DNA of 62,199 nucleotides from a virus (IMGVR_UViG_3300024182_000003:1-62199), one strand, 5' to 3'. Shown: positions 48,929-57,637, numbered from the stretch's first letter. Notes: a model not told the origin generated them from the letters alone. A program made the numbers and translations.

Positions 48929-49064
48929 CTGCTAGCGAGCTGCCTTGATATAAAGATCGGGGAAACTTAGCCCAAACAGTGTCACTCTGAAGTGATGCTA
49001 AGCAACTTTTTGACTTAACATTCTCTCGGTGTTCTCAAGCCGAGATTCGAAGGAGATGACTTTT

Positions 49065-49148
49065 ATGGCTAAAGCAAAAAAGACCGCTAAGAAAAAGAAG
49101 AAAGGCGCAGTTGGCAAAAAGAAGGGTGGTGGCGGTCGCACTGGATAA
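49065..49148 (+). CDS. 27-aa Lys/Gly-rich micro-peptide MAKAKKTAKKKKKGAVGKKKGGGGRTG (not in ORF track)
   Basis: AAGGAG RBS; flanked by hairpins at 49024-49045 and 49169-49201. Confidence 0.7.
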   Translation: MAKAKKTAKKKKKGAVGKKKGGGGRTG

Positions 49149-49168
49149 TCCCTTCCGGTAAAACAGAT

Positions 49169-49205
49169 GAGGGATTCTATCTGTCGCGGGTAGAGTCCCT
49201 CGTTT
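49169..49205 (+). terminator. Hairpin/weak terminator between micro-peptide and PP-loop gene
   Basis: GAGGGATTCTATC/GGTAGAGTCCCTC stem (G-U allowed) followed by GTTT. Confidence 0.55.
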
Positions 49206-49908
49206 GGTGTCTATTATGGACGTATTAGCAGATTGTATTCAAAGGCTTGAAGTAGTGGCTAAGCGCACTGAGGGTAAGTTACTTGTGTCTTATTCTGGCG
49301 GAAAAGATAGTCTTGCAATTCTTGATATAGCTAGTCGAATCTTTGATCATATTGAATGCTTCTTTATGTACTTCCTGCCTGATATGCAATGCGTTCAACC
49401 GATGCTGAAGTTCGCCGAAGAAAACTATAAAGTTACAATTCATCAGTATCCGCATTGGGCTCTAGCTGTGTCACTTCGAGAAGGTATTTTTTGTGACAGT
49501 TATTATACTCTTGCTTCTCTTGATTGGTCATTGAAGGATATTTATACGCTTGTTGTTGACGATACTGAGATTCCTGCAATAGCTGTTGGTGCTAGGCGTA
49601 AAGAATCTCAGTGGCGTAGACGTACTATTAAGCAGATGGCGAAAATTAAGGAGGTTGTTTATCCTATTGAGAATTGGACAAAGCTCGATGTTATTGGATA
49701 TTTGAAGAGACGTGGATTACCTGTACCAAGATTAGATAAAGATGATCGCAGTGGTGTTGGCTTGTCGCCGGATCATATTCTTTGGTTGTATAAGCATTGG
49801 CCTCAAGATTACGCGAAGATAGTAAAGCGGTTTCCTTATATCGAAGCTGTGATTTGGAGAGAGAGATTCTATGGCGAAAGCGAAAAAGTCAGCGTCACCT
49901 CAGAGTGA
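49204..49908 (+). CDS. PAPS-reductase-like PP-loop protein
   Basis: VSYSGGKDS, G.R..ES..R, YPI.NW...DV..YL; no Fe-S Cys cluster or ECGLH tail. Confidence 0.85.
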   Translation: MVSIMDVLADCIQRLEVVAKRTEGKLLVSYSGGKDSLAILDIASRIFDHIECFFMYFLPDMQCVQPMLKFAEENYKVTIHQYPHWALAVSLREGIFCDSYYTLASLDWSLKDIYTLVVDDTEIPAIAVGARRKESQWRRRTIKQMAKIKEVVYPIENWTKLDVIGYLKRRGLPVPRLDKDDRSGVGLSPDHILWLYKHWPQDYAKIVKRFPYIEAVIWRERFYGESEKVSVTSE

Positions 49909-50608
49909 CACTGCTACTATATTTGACAATTATGTGATTGTCGAGATATATCGATCTGAGGCAAAGAATGCTCCCTATAATCCTCGTATCCTTTCTGCTT
50001 CTGCGCGAGAGAAATTACAAAAAGGGATTGATAAGTTTAAGTTATTAGGCCCACCGATTTGGAACCGAAAGACTGGAAATATTGTAGGTGGTCATCAGCG
50101 TCTTTCTATTTTAGACAGTCTTGCCGGTACAAAAGATTATCGATTAAAGGTTGCTGCTGTTGAGTTAAACGACAAACAAGAACGAGAAGCGAATATCTTA
50201 TTGAACAATCCTAATGCTCAGGGCGATTGGGATATCGAGAAACTTGGTGATTTACTTAAAGACCCTGAGATCGATATCGCTGGTACTGGATTTGGACTAG
50301 CTGATATTTACCGAATGTTTGGTGATGCACCGTTTCTTGATTCTGCCGAAAGAGCGGAAACTTTAGCTGCTGAGTTAAGGGAAGCTCGTGAACGTTGGGA
50401 AAAGATTACAAGTGCTGCGCAGGAAGAAGCTAGCGAAGAGTTTTATATCGTTGTGATCTTTGAGGACGGTAAGAAATTGATGAAGTTCTTTAAGATATTA
50501 GGACTTGAAGCTAATCGTTATCAGGATGCGCGAGATATTATACGTCACTTTCCAAAAGCTCTTCAGCCGTCGTTCGAATTGACTCCAAAGAAAGCTTCAA
50601 AAAAGTGA
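49871..50608 (+). CDS. ParB/Srx N-terminal domain protein
   Basis: APYNPR.......L...I..F....P.IWN..TG.IVGGHQRL. Confidence 0.85.
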   Translation: MAKAKKSASPQSDTATIFDNYVIVEIYRSEAKNAPYNPRILSASAREKLQKGIDKFKLLGPPIWNRKTGNIVGGHQRLSILDSLAGTKDYRLKVAAVELNDKQEREANILLNNPNAQGDWDIEKLGDLLKDPEIDIAGTGFGLADIYRMFGDAPFLDSAERAETLAAELREARERWEKITSAAQEEASEEFYIVVIFEDGKKLMKFFKILGLEANRYQDARDIIRHFPKALQPSFELTPKKASKK

Positions 50609-51058
50609 GTCCTGCGTCACTTCAGAGTTACGTTCAGGTAATGGATAGGCGTTGTATTCTTGAGAGTTTCTTTCGATTGCTTTTTGAAGGTCTGATGCGA
50701 ATACATAGTGGTCTCGATAGATATGTGCGATATCTACTTCCGGTAGAAGTTGAACTGCAATCTCGTGATGTCTATGACATTCGCCAGGAGCTTCTTCGAG
50801 GCATAACAGCAGTAGGTTCATTTGTTGATGTTCTCGGAGAAAATCTAATCCGGTTTGTTGAACTTGTTGGCCTCCTAGCTGCGGCATTGATATGTACTGT
50901 TCTTGAATGACTCTTTGTAAGTTGTAGAGTGAGAATTCAGGATTGCGGGAATAAGGCGAGCGCCTAGTGTCGATAAGCAGGTCAATATCGAGATGAGAAA
51001 TTATTCGGTTAAGGGATTCGGCTCTAGACAATCGTTGATATCCTATGCTCCAAATCAT
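50597..51058 (-). CDS. DUF488 family protein
   Basis: IWSIGY, LID.R..PYSR.P.F, LGG, LLC.E..P..CHR. Confidence 0.8.
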   Translation of the reverse strand: MIWSIGYQRLSRAESLNRIISHLDIDLLIDTRRSPYSRNPEFSLYNLQRVIQEQYISMPQLGGQQVQQTGLDFLREHQQMNLLLLCLEEAPGECHRHHEIAVQLLPEVDIAHIYRDHYVFASDLQKAIERNSQEYNAYPLPERNSEVTQDSLF

Positions 51059-51065
51059 AGGACTC

Positions 51066-51094
51066 ATTATATCACGAATATTGAGGATTGACAA
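51066..51094 (-). promoter_or_regulatory. Promoter for DUF488 gene (likely leaderless)
   Basis: TTGTCA-17-TATAAT, 7 nt before ATG 51058. Confidence 0.6.
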
Positions 51095-51098
51095 GATT

Positions 51099-51527
51099 AT
51101 GCGGCTTAATAGACAACGACTTTCCGACGAAGAAAAGAGCAAGCGGTGTGTGTCTTGTGGTAAGTGTTGTATGATAATGTCGATCGATGGTGGTGAACTT
51201 ACCGAGGATAAAGAAGACGAGATACGGTGGGCAAAACTTCACGGTGTTATCATTGAGACCTTTACGTATCGAGGTAAGACGCATTTTTACTATACGATTC
51301 CTAAGCCGTGTAATGCTTTAGATATTTCAGAAGACGCGGACGGACAAAAGCAATACAGGTGCAGTATTTATAATACACGTCCTCAAGTGTGCGTAGATTA
51401 TGATGGTGACGATGCACCTCCAGTCGGAATTACTGATTGTGCTTGGCGAACTGAGCCGTTATCTAAGTCTTTTGATGTTGGTTATCAATTCGTGCAAATT
51501 GAAAAAGCTTCAAGCGAAAGAGCTTGA
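51099..51527 (+). CDS. YkgJ-family (CxxCxxCC) protein 1
   Basis: CVSCGKCC...PC..L...C.IY.TRP.VC..Y. Confidence 0.8.
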   Translation: MRLNRQRLSDEEKSKRCVSCGKCCMIMSIDGGELTEDKEDEIRWAKLHGVIIETFTYRGKTHFYYTIPKPCNALDISEDADGQKQYRCSIYNTRPQVCVDYDGDDAPPVGITDCAWRTEPLSKSFDVGYQFVQIEKASSERA

Positions 51528-51709
51528 AATGGTTAGCGATGAGATTGTCTTCATTCACGTTGTTAGTCACGAGATCAGAAATGTACGTCTTGCTTTTAAT
51601 CCTGGTTTGTATAAGTATTCACACTGTGATGAATGTGGCGATCACGCAATGGTAATTTTCTATGATGGTTTACATTTCGCTGTCAAATGTCATCGACATA
51701 TTGTAGAGC

Positions 51710-51738
51710 TTGCATAGATAGGTTTTTCGTGGTATAAT
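51710..51738 (+). promoter_or_regulatory. Promoter for second YkgJ gene (likely leaderless)
   Basis: TTGCAT-17-TATAAT with extended TG, 7 nt before ATG 51746. Confidence 0.65.
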
Positions 51739-51745
51739 CGTAGCT

Positions 51746-52135
51746 ATGTCGATCCTTAAGAAGCTTCCAGTATTGTATGATTGCGATAAATGCCCTGCTT
51801 GGTGTTGTACGTATGAAGAGATCGAGATTTCAGATAAAGAGATTCAACGAATTGCCGATCATTTCAAAATTTCTTTTACTACTGCGAGGCGTCGATTTAC
51901 TCAGGCTACCGAAGAGGGTGATGGACGGAGCTTATCTATTATTCCTGATCCTGATCCTGATTACTTCGGCAAAGCTTGTGTGTTTCTTGATCTTGGAAAA
52001 CGGTTCTGTACTATTTACGAAGTGCGTCCTCAAGTATGTAGATCATTTCCGTATGCCAAGCACTGCGGTTATTGGGACTTTCTAAAGTTTCAACGTAAGC
52101 ACGCTTTAGATGATAAACTTATCGCAAAGACCTAA
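51746..52135 (+). CDS. YkgJ-family (CxxCxxCC) protein 2
   Basis: CDKCPAWCC...CVFLD....CTIYE.RP.VCR.FP. Confidence 0.85.
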   Translation: MSILKKLPVLYDCDKCPAWCCTYEEIEISDKEIQRIADHFKISFTTARRRFTQATEEGDGRSLSIIPDPDPDYFGKACVFLDLGKRFCTIYEVRPQVCRSFPYAKHCGYWDFLKFQRKHALDDKLIAKT

Positions 52136-52324
52136 TGTCACTTCGGAGAGACAGAGTAGAAATTCAATGGAGTGCAGATGAGTGGCAACAGTGTTTAATA
52201 TGTCGAGCTTGGCATTATGAAAGAAACCGATCTAGCATATTTAGCATCGATATGTGCGGTTGTTGGCATCAACCGTTATTACAAGATTCTATATGTTCAC
52301 ATATACCGAAAGGAGGTGATCGCA

Positions 52325-52492
52325 GTGAAAGGGACAAAAGGACTCAAGGTCAACACGATGACAAAGATGAGAAAGAGCAGCGGAAAGCTCGGCCCTCGTC
52401 AGGATCAGTCGGGTGCAGGTACGAACAACTTTCTTTCGCGGGGCACGAGAGGGATAGCTAAGAACCGAAAACGTGCTCAGCCGAATCAGTAG
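52325..52492 (+). CDS. 55-aa basic low-complexity micro-protein
   Basis: AAAGGAGGTGA RBS before GTG 52325. Confidence 0.6.
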   Translation: MKGTKGLKVNTMTKMRKSSGKLGPRQDQSGAGTNNFLSRGTRGIAKNRKRAQPNQ

Positions 52493-52620
52493 CTTGCAGG
52501 AGTGAGGGCGCACACTCTATATGCGCCCGAGGATTTATGCTGGATTGTGAGGAATTTATCAAGTTTCTAGGCTTTGATTGCGAGAATGACATTACAGACG
52601 ATGGTGAGGTTCTTTTCGGG

Positions 52621-52771
52621 GTTAGGATGGCCCGTAGGATGGTCATTCCCGGCGTCCACAGGCGATTTCCGAGGCTTTTGGAGGTGAAGGCATACGGTAG
52701 TACCCTTTCGAACTAAAGTGGCTTAAATCTTTACTTACGGAGATTTTCGTTTGTGTCACTTTAGAGTGATG
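52621..52771 (+). repeat. ~150-bp conserved intergenic element, copy C
   Basis: Ungapped alignment with 13441-13591, ending in the dyad at the same offset (+133). Confidence 0.9.
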
Positions 52772-52773
52772 TA

Positions 52774-52986
52774 ATGGACGATAGACAGTATCTTAATAAG
52801 GCTAAAGATGCCTTAGCTTCCGTATGGATTGGAAGTAAGACTGATTTTCGAATTCATAATGCCTTATGGAGACTTGAACGACTTTTGGATTATCAGGATT
52901 ATCGAAAGCAAAAGGTTCCGTGTAAAGGTTGTAAACGTTTTTATCCGATGCACGAGATTGACTGTCCTCTCAATGGTAACTTCTAG
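52774..52986 (+). CDS. Hypothetical protein
   Basis: 70 aa, CKGC...H..DC. Confidence 0.45.
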   Translation: MDDRQYLNKAKDALASVWIGSKTDFRIHNALWRLERLLDYQDYRKQKVPCKGCKRFYPMHEIDCPLNGNF

Positions 52987-53239
52987 GCTGGTTACAAGTT
53001 GTTGAATGTCTAGGGCTGCGAGGACTACCGTGACGCGAAGGAGTTTTCGGTCTCTGAGCCTACGAGTAGCGGTAGTTCTCGCCTATTTGTGTATGAAGGT
53101 TAGGAGGTGGTTCGGAATGCCTCTACGATGTATGTTGCTCATTTCGTCTCTGATTCTGTTCTATAGAGAACGTCAGGGTTTGTTTTTCATCTTTAACAGC
53201 GTGTTCACGAAAGATACGCAATTCGAAGGAGATATCACT

Positions 53240-53605
53240 ATGGCTGAAGGCAAAGAAGGACAATTGTTTGCGATCACTGCTACTCCGAAGTCGAAGAGTG
53301 GCAAAACGGCGAAGATTCAGGATGGATCAGCCGAATGGTTTTCTGGCGATCTTGATGTTGCTGACGTGCATCTAAAGTCAACTTTGGATGCGAACAATAA
53401 CATCATCGCCAGCGAGAATGAGCTTCAGGTTGTTGTCGAACTCAAGGCAGAGGGAAGCACTTTGGTTTCTCTGAGTGCTGACGCTGATCCGAGTGAAGCG
53501 GTCAAGACGATCATCGGGACTCTTCCGGTAGTCTGCTTGGTCGGTGACGCGGTAGTGTTCGACATTCAGGCAGGTCCGCCGGTTGATCCTCCCGCGACGA
53601 CTTAG
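53240..53605 (+). CDS. Hypothetical acidic beta-rich (Ig-like?) protein
   Basis: AAGGAG RBS before ATG 53240; W.S.D..VA pattern. Confidence 0.5.
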   Translation: MAEGKEGQLFAITATPKSKSGKTAKIQDGSAEWFSGDLDVADVHLKSTLDANNNIIASENELQVVVELKAEGSTLVSLSADADPSEAVKTIIGTLPVVCLVGDAVVFDIQAGPPVDPPATT

Positions 53606-53763
53606 TGTCACTTTGCGGTGACATTGCGGGGGTTTTACGATGAACCATAAGCACAGGTGTCCTCGTCACGGCGAATACATCTGTGCTTATGTCACTCAAT
53701 GCGGCGTTAAAGAAGGGAGAGTCGGATTAGATTATCATTGCCCCAAGTGTATAGAGAAGCGTT

Positions 53764-54789
53764 ATGCCAAGAAGAAAAAGCAAAGAAAGCAGCGATGAAT
53801 CAGGCGTATCTGATACCTTGCAAATAGCCCTTGCTGATATTAACAGGATGTTCGGCCCAGGGACTATTATGCGGTTAAACGACAAGCCGCTTGATATTCC
53901 CTCTATACCGACAGGTTCGTTAGGTCTCGACATTGCTATAGGTATAGGCGGCATTCCACGTGGAAGACTTATCGAACTCTATGGCCCTGAAAGTGGTGGA
54001 AAATCTACGCTTGCTTTGGGAATGGTTGCTCAAGTGCAGAAGATCGGAGGTGTAGCAGCTTATATCGATGCTGAACACGCCCTTGATAGGAATTGGGCTG
54101 AGACGGTTGGCGTAAACACAAACGATATGTTTATATCTCAGCCTGATAATGGAGAACAAGCACTTGAGATTGTAGAAGCTTTAGTACGTCACGCTAATAC
54201 AACTGATCTCGTGATAATTGATTCAGTAGCTGCACTTGTTCCTGCTGCTGAGCTTGCCGGTGATTATGGCGATGCAAATATGGGACTTCAGGCACGGCTT
54301 ATATCTCAAGCCTGTCGAATGTTAACCGCGATCGTACATAAGTCTGATTCAACAATCGTATTTATAAACCAGATTCGTGAGAAGATTGGAGGTTATGGTA
54401 ATCCTGAAACTACTACTGGCGGTCGAGCGCTGAAGTTTTATGCTACTGTTCGTCTTGATATTCGTCGTATTGCAGGTGGTGCTATTAAGAACGGTGAAGA
54501 GATTATCGGATATCGAACTAAGGTCAAGGTCGTGAAGAACAAGGTAGCTCCACCGTTTAAGGAATGTGAGTTCGATCTTATGTTTGGCGAAGGTATTTCA
54601 CACGAAGGTGAGTTAATTGACGTTGCAGTTCAAACAGGTGTCTTCACTCGTAGCGGTGCTTGGGTGCTGTTCAAGGGTAAGAAAATAGCCCAGGGTCGTG
54701 AGAATGCGAGAAAGTTACTTAAAGAAGATAAAGACCTTGCACGTGAAGTTGAGGTTGCAATTTACGATGATGAGGTAATTTCGGAGTGA
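53764..54789 (+). CDS. recA: Recombinase A
   Basis: [55 protein letters not shown]. Confidence 0.97.
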   Translation: MPRRKSKESSDESGVSDTLQIALADINRMFGPGTIMRLNDKPLDIPSIPTGSLGLDIAIGIGGIPRGRLIELYGPESGGKSTLALGMVAQVQKIGGVAAYIDAEHALDRNWAETVGVNTNDMFISQPDNGEQALEIVEALVRHANTTDLVIIDSVAALVPAAELAGDYGDANMGLQARLISQACRMLTAIVHKSDSTIVFINQIREKIGGYGNPETTTGGRALKFYATVRLDIRRIAGGAIKNGEEIIGYRTKVKVVKNKVAPPFKECEFDLMFGEGISHEGELIDVAVQTGVFTRSGAWVLFKGKKIAQGRENARKLLKEDKDLAREVEVAIYDDEVISE

Positions 54790-55007
54790 CAATCGAGCTT
54801 TGGTATCGTGATCCTAAGTTGAAGCTACTAGGAAGTCGTGAGATACCTGATTCCTGGGTCGATGTAAACGGTTTACCTGAGATCGTGATTTGTTGTGTTA
54901 GACCTTCGGAAGGGTTTATGAGCTACTTCAAGCTCGATACCGACAAGGACTTCGGGACTCCTGGTTATTGGCTTATCGGTGCAAATAAGGTTTACGGGAT
55001 AGATTAA
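54786..55007 (+). CDS. Hypothetical protein
   Basis: GTGA coupling with recA. Confidence 0.5.
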   Translation: MTIELWYRDPKLKLLGSREIPDSWVDVNGLPEIVICCVRPSEGFMSYFKLDTDKDFGTPGYWLIGANKVYGID

Positions 55008-55799
55008 ATGAAAACCTTACACGTTAACGTCTTAGACCACGGTTACATAAGGCATATTGAATCGTGGGGTAGTGGCGAGGCTGGACAACAGAGTGTTGAA
55101 ATTGAACGATATGGTGAGTCATTCTCACCTTTTGATTTTGAATGTGGTATTATCGAAGCCGCTCGTCAGTCAACTCAAGGAAGCTTCCGAGGATGGGAAA
55201 AAGATGAAAGACTTCTAAAGTTTATGTTCGAACATAAACATAACTCGCCCTTTGAGTTTGCGGGGATGATTATTGAAGTTCAAGCTCCGATCTTTGTTTT
55301 TCGCGAGTGGCATCGACATCGAACTCAATCTTATAATGAGATGAGTGCCCGTTATACGCCACTTCCTGATCTTCACTATGTTCCTGATCGTGAGCGGTGC
55401 TTTATGGTTCAGGAAAAGAATAAACAAGCTCAAAGTCAATCGGGAAGTTCCTTGATTGATCGTGATGTTATTGGCTGGCTTAACGGTCTACAGCGGTTCT
55501 ATGAGCAAGCCGAGGTTTTCTATCAGTTCGGGTTAAATCTTGGCATACCGAAGGAGCTTGCGAGGGTATGTATGCCTGTAGGTCATTATTCACGTATGCG
55601 AGCTTCAGCTAATCTTCGCAATTGGCTTGCGTTCTTAACTCTTCGAATGCATCCTGATGCACAATGGGAAATTCGTCAGTTTGCTAATGCGGTAGGTAAG
55701 ATTATTTCTGAACAGTTTCCTCGAACCTGGAAGCTTTTTGCCGTAGAAGCTATGAAGCCTTTTACGGATAAGAACTTTGATGAAATGACCGCAACGTAA
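55008..55799 (+). CDS. thyX: Flavin-dependent thymidylate synthase
   Basis: H.SPFE, PIFV.R.W.RHR..SYNE.S.RY, E.AR, LR....AQWEIR. Confidence 0.95.
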   Translation: MKTLHVNVLDHGYIRHIESWGSGEAGQQSVEIERYGESFSPFDFECGIIEAARQSTQGSFRGWEKDERLLKFMFEHKHNSPFEFAGMIIEVQAPIFVFREWHRHRTQSYNEMSARYTPLPDLHYVPDRERCFMVQEKNKQAQSQSGSSLIDRDVIGWLNGLQRFYEQAEVFYQFGLNLGIPKELARVCMPVGHYSRMRASANLRNWLAFLTLRMHPDAQWEIRQFANAVGKIISEQFPRTWKLFAVEAMKPFTDKNFDEMTAT

Positions 55800-55993
55800 C
55801 TTTGGAGTGACACGATGACTGATCACTATAATACTTCTCGACCACCTCCTGTCGGTTCGTTAGTTGATTGGGGCTATTAAACACGGTTATGATCCTGGGC
55901 GTGACGTGAAGTTCAAGACTGTTGTTATTGATTCCGTTTCCTCTCTTGACTTTATCGATATTGAAGGTCACGTAGTAGAAGACGAGGTACAAA

Positions 55994-56101
55994 ATGAAAC
56001 GAAAACTCAGCAAGAAACAAAAAGCGGCCTTAGCAAAAGGTCGAAAGCATCCAAAGTCAAAAGCTCTCCGCTCTCGCTTAAGAAATAAGGGTAAGCGGTA
56101 G
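55994..56101 (+). CDS. 35-aa highly basic micro-peptide MKRKLSKKQKAALAKGRKHPKSKALRSRLRNKGKR (not in ORF track)
   Basis: GAGGT RBS; no acidic residues. Confidence 0.5.
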   Translation: MKRKLSKKQKAALAKGRKHPKSKALRSRLRNKGKR

Positions 56102-56263
56102 ATTACTTCGAGGGTAAACTTATGATCAATGGTCTGCATCAGCATCGTTGCAGAGAGTGTGGACGTAACTTTGAATGCGCGAGGGTTACTCACTGCAATC
56201 TCGATAGTAATAATGAAAACTTCTCTAAACGTCCAGTCTGTGACGACTGTATAGGGAGCGTAA

Positions 56264-56506
56264 ATGCCAAGCAATAAGCAAGTAATGAAACGTAAAGTAG
56301 AGGTCTGTCCGAATTGTAATCAGGTAAGGCTTCATCGTAAGGGTGAGTGGCCTTGTACTACGTGCAAAGAACCTGTTAAATGGCAAGACGGAACTCAACT
56401 CAAATGGAATGGAACGATAGCCGAAGTGAAAGCTCATCAACAGATTCACGACAGTGGTAGATACTGTGCAATCTGCGAAGGTGACGCTTCAACACGGACA
56501 AAGTAA
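56264..56506 (+). CDS. Small Cys-rich protein
   Basis: CPNC, CTTC, CAIC. Confidence 0.5.
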   Translation: MPSNKQVMKRKVEVCPNCNQVRLHRKGEWPCTTCKEPVKWQDGTQLKWNGTIAEVKAHQQIHDSGRYCAICEGDASTRTK

Positions 56507-56737
56507 TAAATGTCTAAGTACAATCTCAAGGATGTAAGACAGGCTATACGATATAGTCAGTTTAGAGTCTTAGCTTTGGAACGTCAAATCGAGCAACTAA
56601 ATAAAGAACTTGTATTACATCGTGACATCTTAGAGAAAACCGTGAAGTTTGCCGAGAAATTGGAAAAGCGAGAGAAAAGAAAACGATGAACGTAACTTTG
56701 GAGTGACATCACGAACTTTTTATAGTATATTGCCACT

Positions 56738-57622
56738 ATGAAACGTGTATTTACCCTGTTTGAGCCAACAGAAGCCGATATAAAGCTGAATGGGCTTCGT
56801 CGTGGTAATCGAACAATCTCGCAATCAGCGCTTGCGATAACAGAATGGTACGATCAAAACGGCATTCCTGTTTGGGCAATTCATAGGTCTCGTGGCTATC
56901 CTGTATGTGGTGGACGTGTTGCAAAACGTCCTGAATTGTGTTGTCAAAAGTCCGAACGTTTATCAACTGGTAGGTGCCCTCGTCACGGTGGAAGAGGTAC
57001 GGTAAAGGATTCGTTAGTTGGTCGTCCAGTACAAGGGAATCCGATGCGTTGGGACAAGTATCTTCCTTCTCGTTTGCGTAATCGTTTAGCAGAGCATCCG
57101 GTTGACAGTACGTTGCTTGATTTAACGTCTGAAATTCAACTGTTCGATCTACGGATAGCTGAACTTATCGATGGCTTGACCGAGAATAATCCAGTAGAGA
57201 CGTTAAAGCGAGCGCAAGAAGCTTTTCGTAACTTTCAAATTGCGTATAAAGCTGGCGATGTTGATTCGATACAAGAGAACTTGCGAAGTCTCAATGGAAT
57301 TTTAAGGCGTGGTGTTAGTGATACTTATACGTGGAATGAGCTTCGTAGTATGGCGCTTCTTCGAAAGGAACTCATTCAAGCGCAACAACAACTTTCGCTT
57401 AATGCAGGTCGAGCGTTAATGAAAGACGAGTTGAAATACTTAGTCTTTTTGGCTGGTGAACAGTTCAGAGCCGCAGTACAGCGTAACTTGACACTTGAGA
57501 ACGTTGCAAAGTATACTCCTGTCGCGCTGCAAAACGAGATTTTACGTACTGCTTCATTTGGGATAGCGAAAATCTTTGCGATGGGTCAAGGTGAATATCC
57601 CAAGTCTGTTACTTCAGGGTGA
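56738..57622 (+). CDS. Putative terminase small subunit (HGGxSTG-like N-terminal domain)
   Basis: CG.......C........GRC..HGG; helical C-terminus; upstream of terL. Confidence 0.6.
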   Translation: MKRVFTLFEPTEADIKLNGLRRGNRTISQSALAITEWYDQNGIPVWAIHRSRGYPVCGGRVAKRPELCCQKSERLSTGRCPRHGGRGTVKDSLVGRPVQGNPMRWDKYLPSRLRNRLAEHPVDSTLLDLTSEIQLFDLRIAELIDGLTENNPVETLKRAQEAFRNFQIAYKAGDVDSIQENLRSLNGILRRGVSDTYTWNELRSMALLRKELIQAQQQLSLNAGRALMKDELKYLVFLAGEQFRAAVQRNLTLENVAKYTPVALQNEILRTASFGIAKIFAMGQGEYPKSVTSG

Positions 57623-57637
57623 CGAAAGGAGAACGCT

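Noticed and set aside
49469-49486. Additional dyad candidates here and at about 56164
   Set aside because: Only one arm matches; not counted
49204-49908. True cysH sulfate-assimilation auxiliary gene
   Set aside because: No catalytic C-terminal ECGLH motif or Fe-S cysteines, and no other sulfur genes
49871-50608. ParABS partition system with the dyads as parS
   Set aside because: No ParA found, no obvious HTH after the ParB-N domain, and the dyad differs from canonical parS; kept only as a minor candidate binder
55815-56088. Possible frameshifted gene joining ATG 55815 to ORF 55864 at a GGGG run
   Set aside because: No recognisable homology to support the fusion; cannot separate from chance or sequencing error
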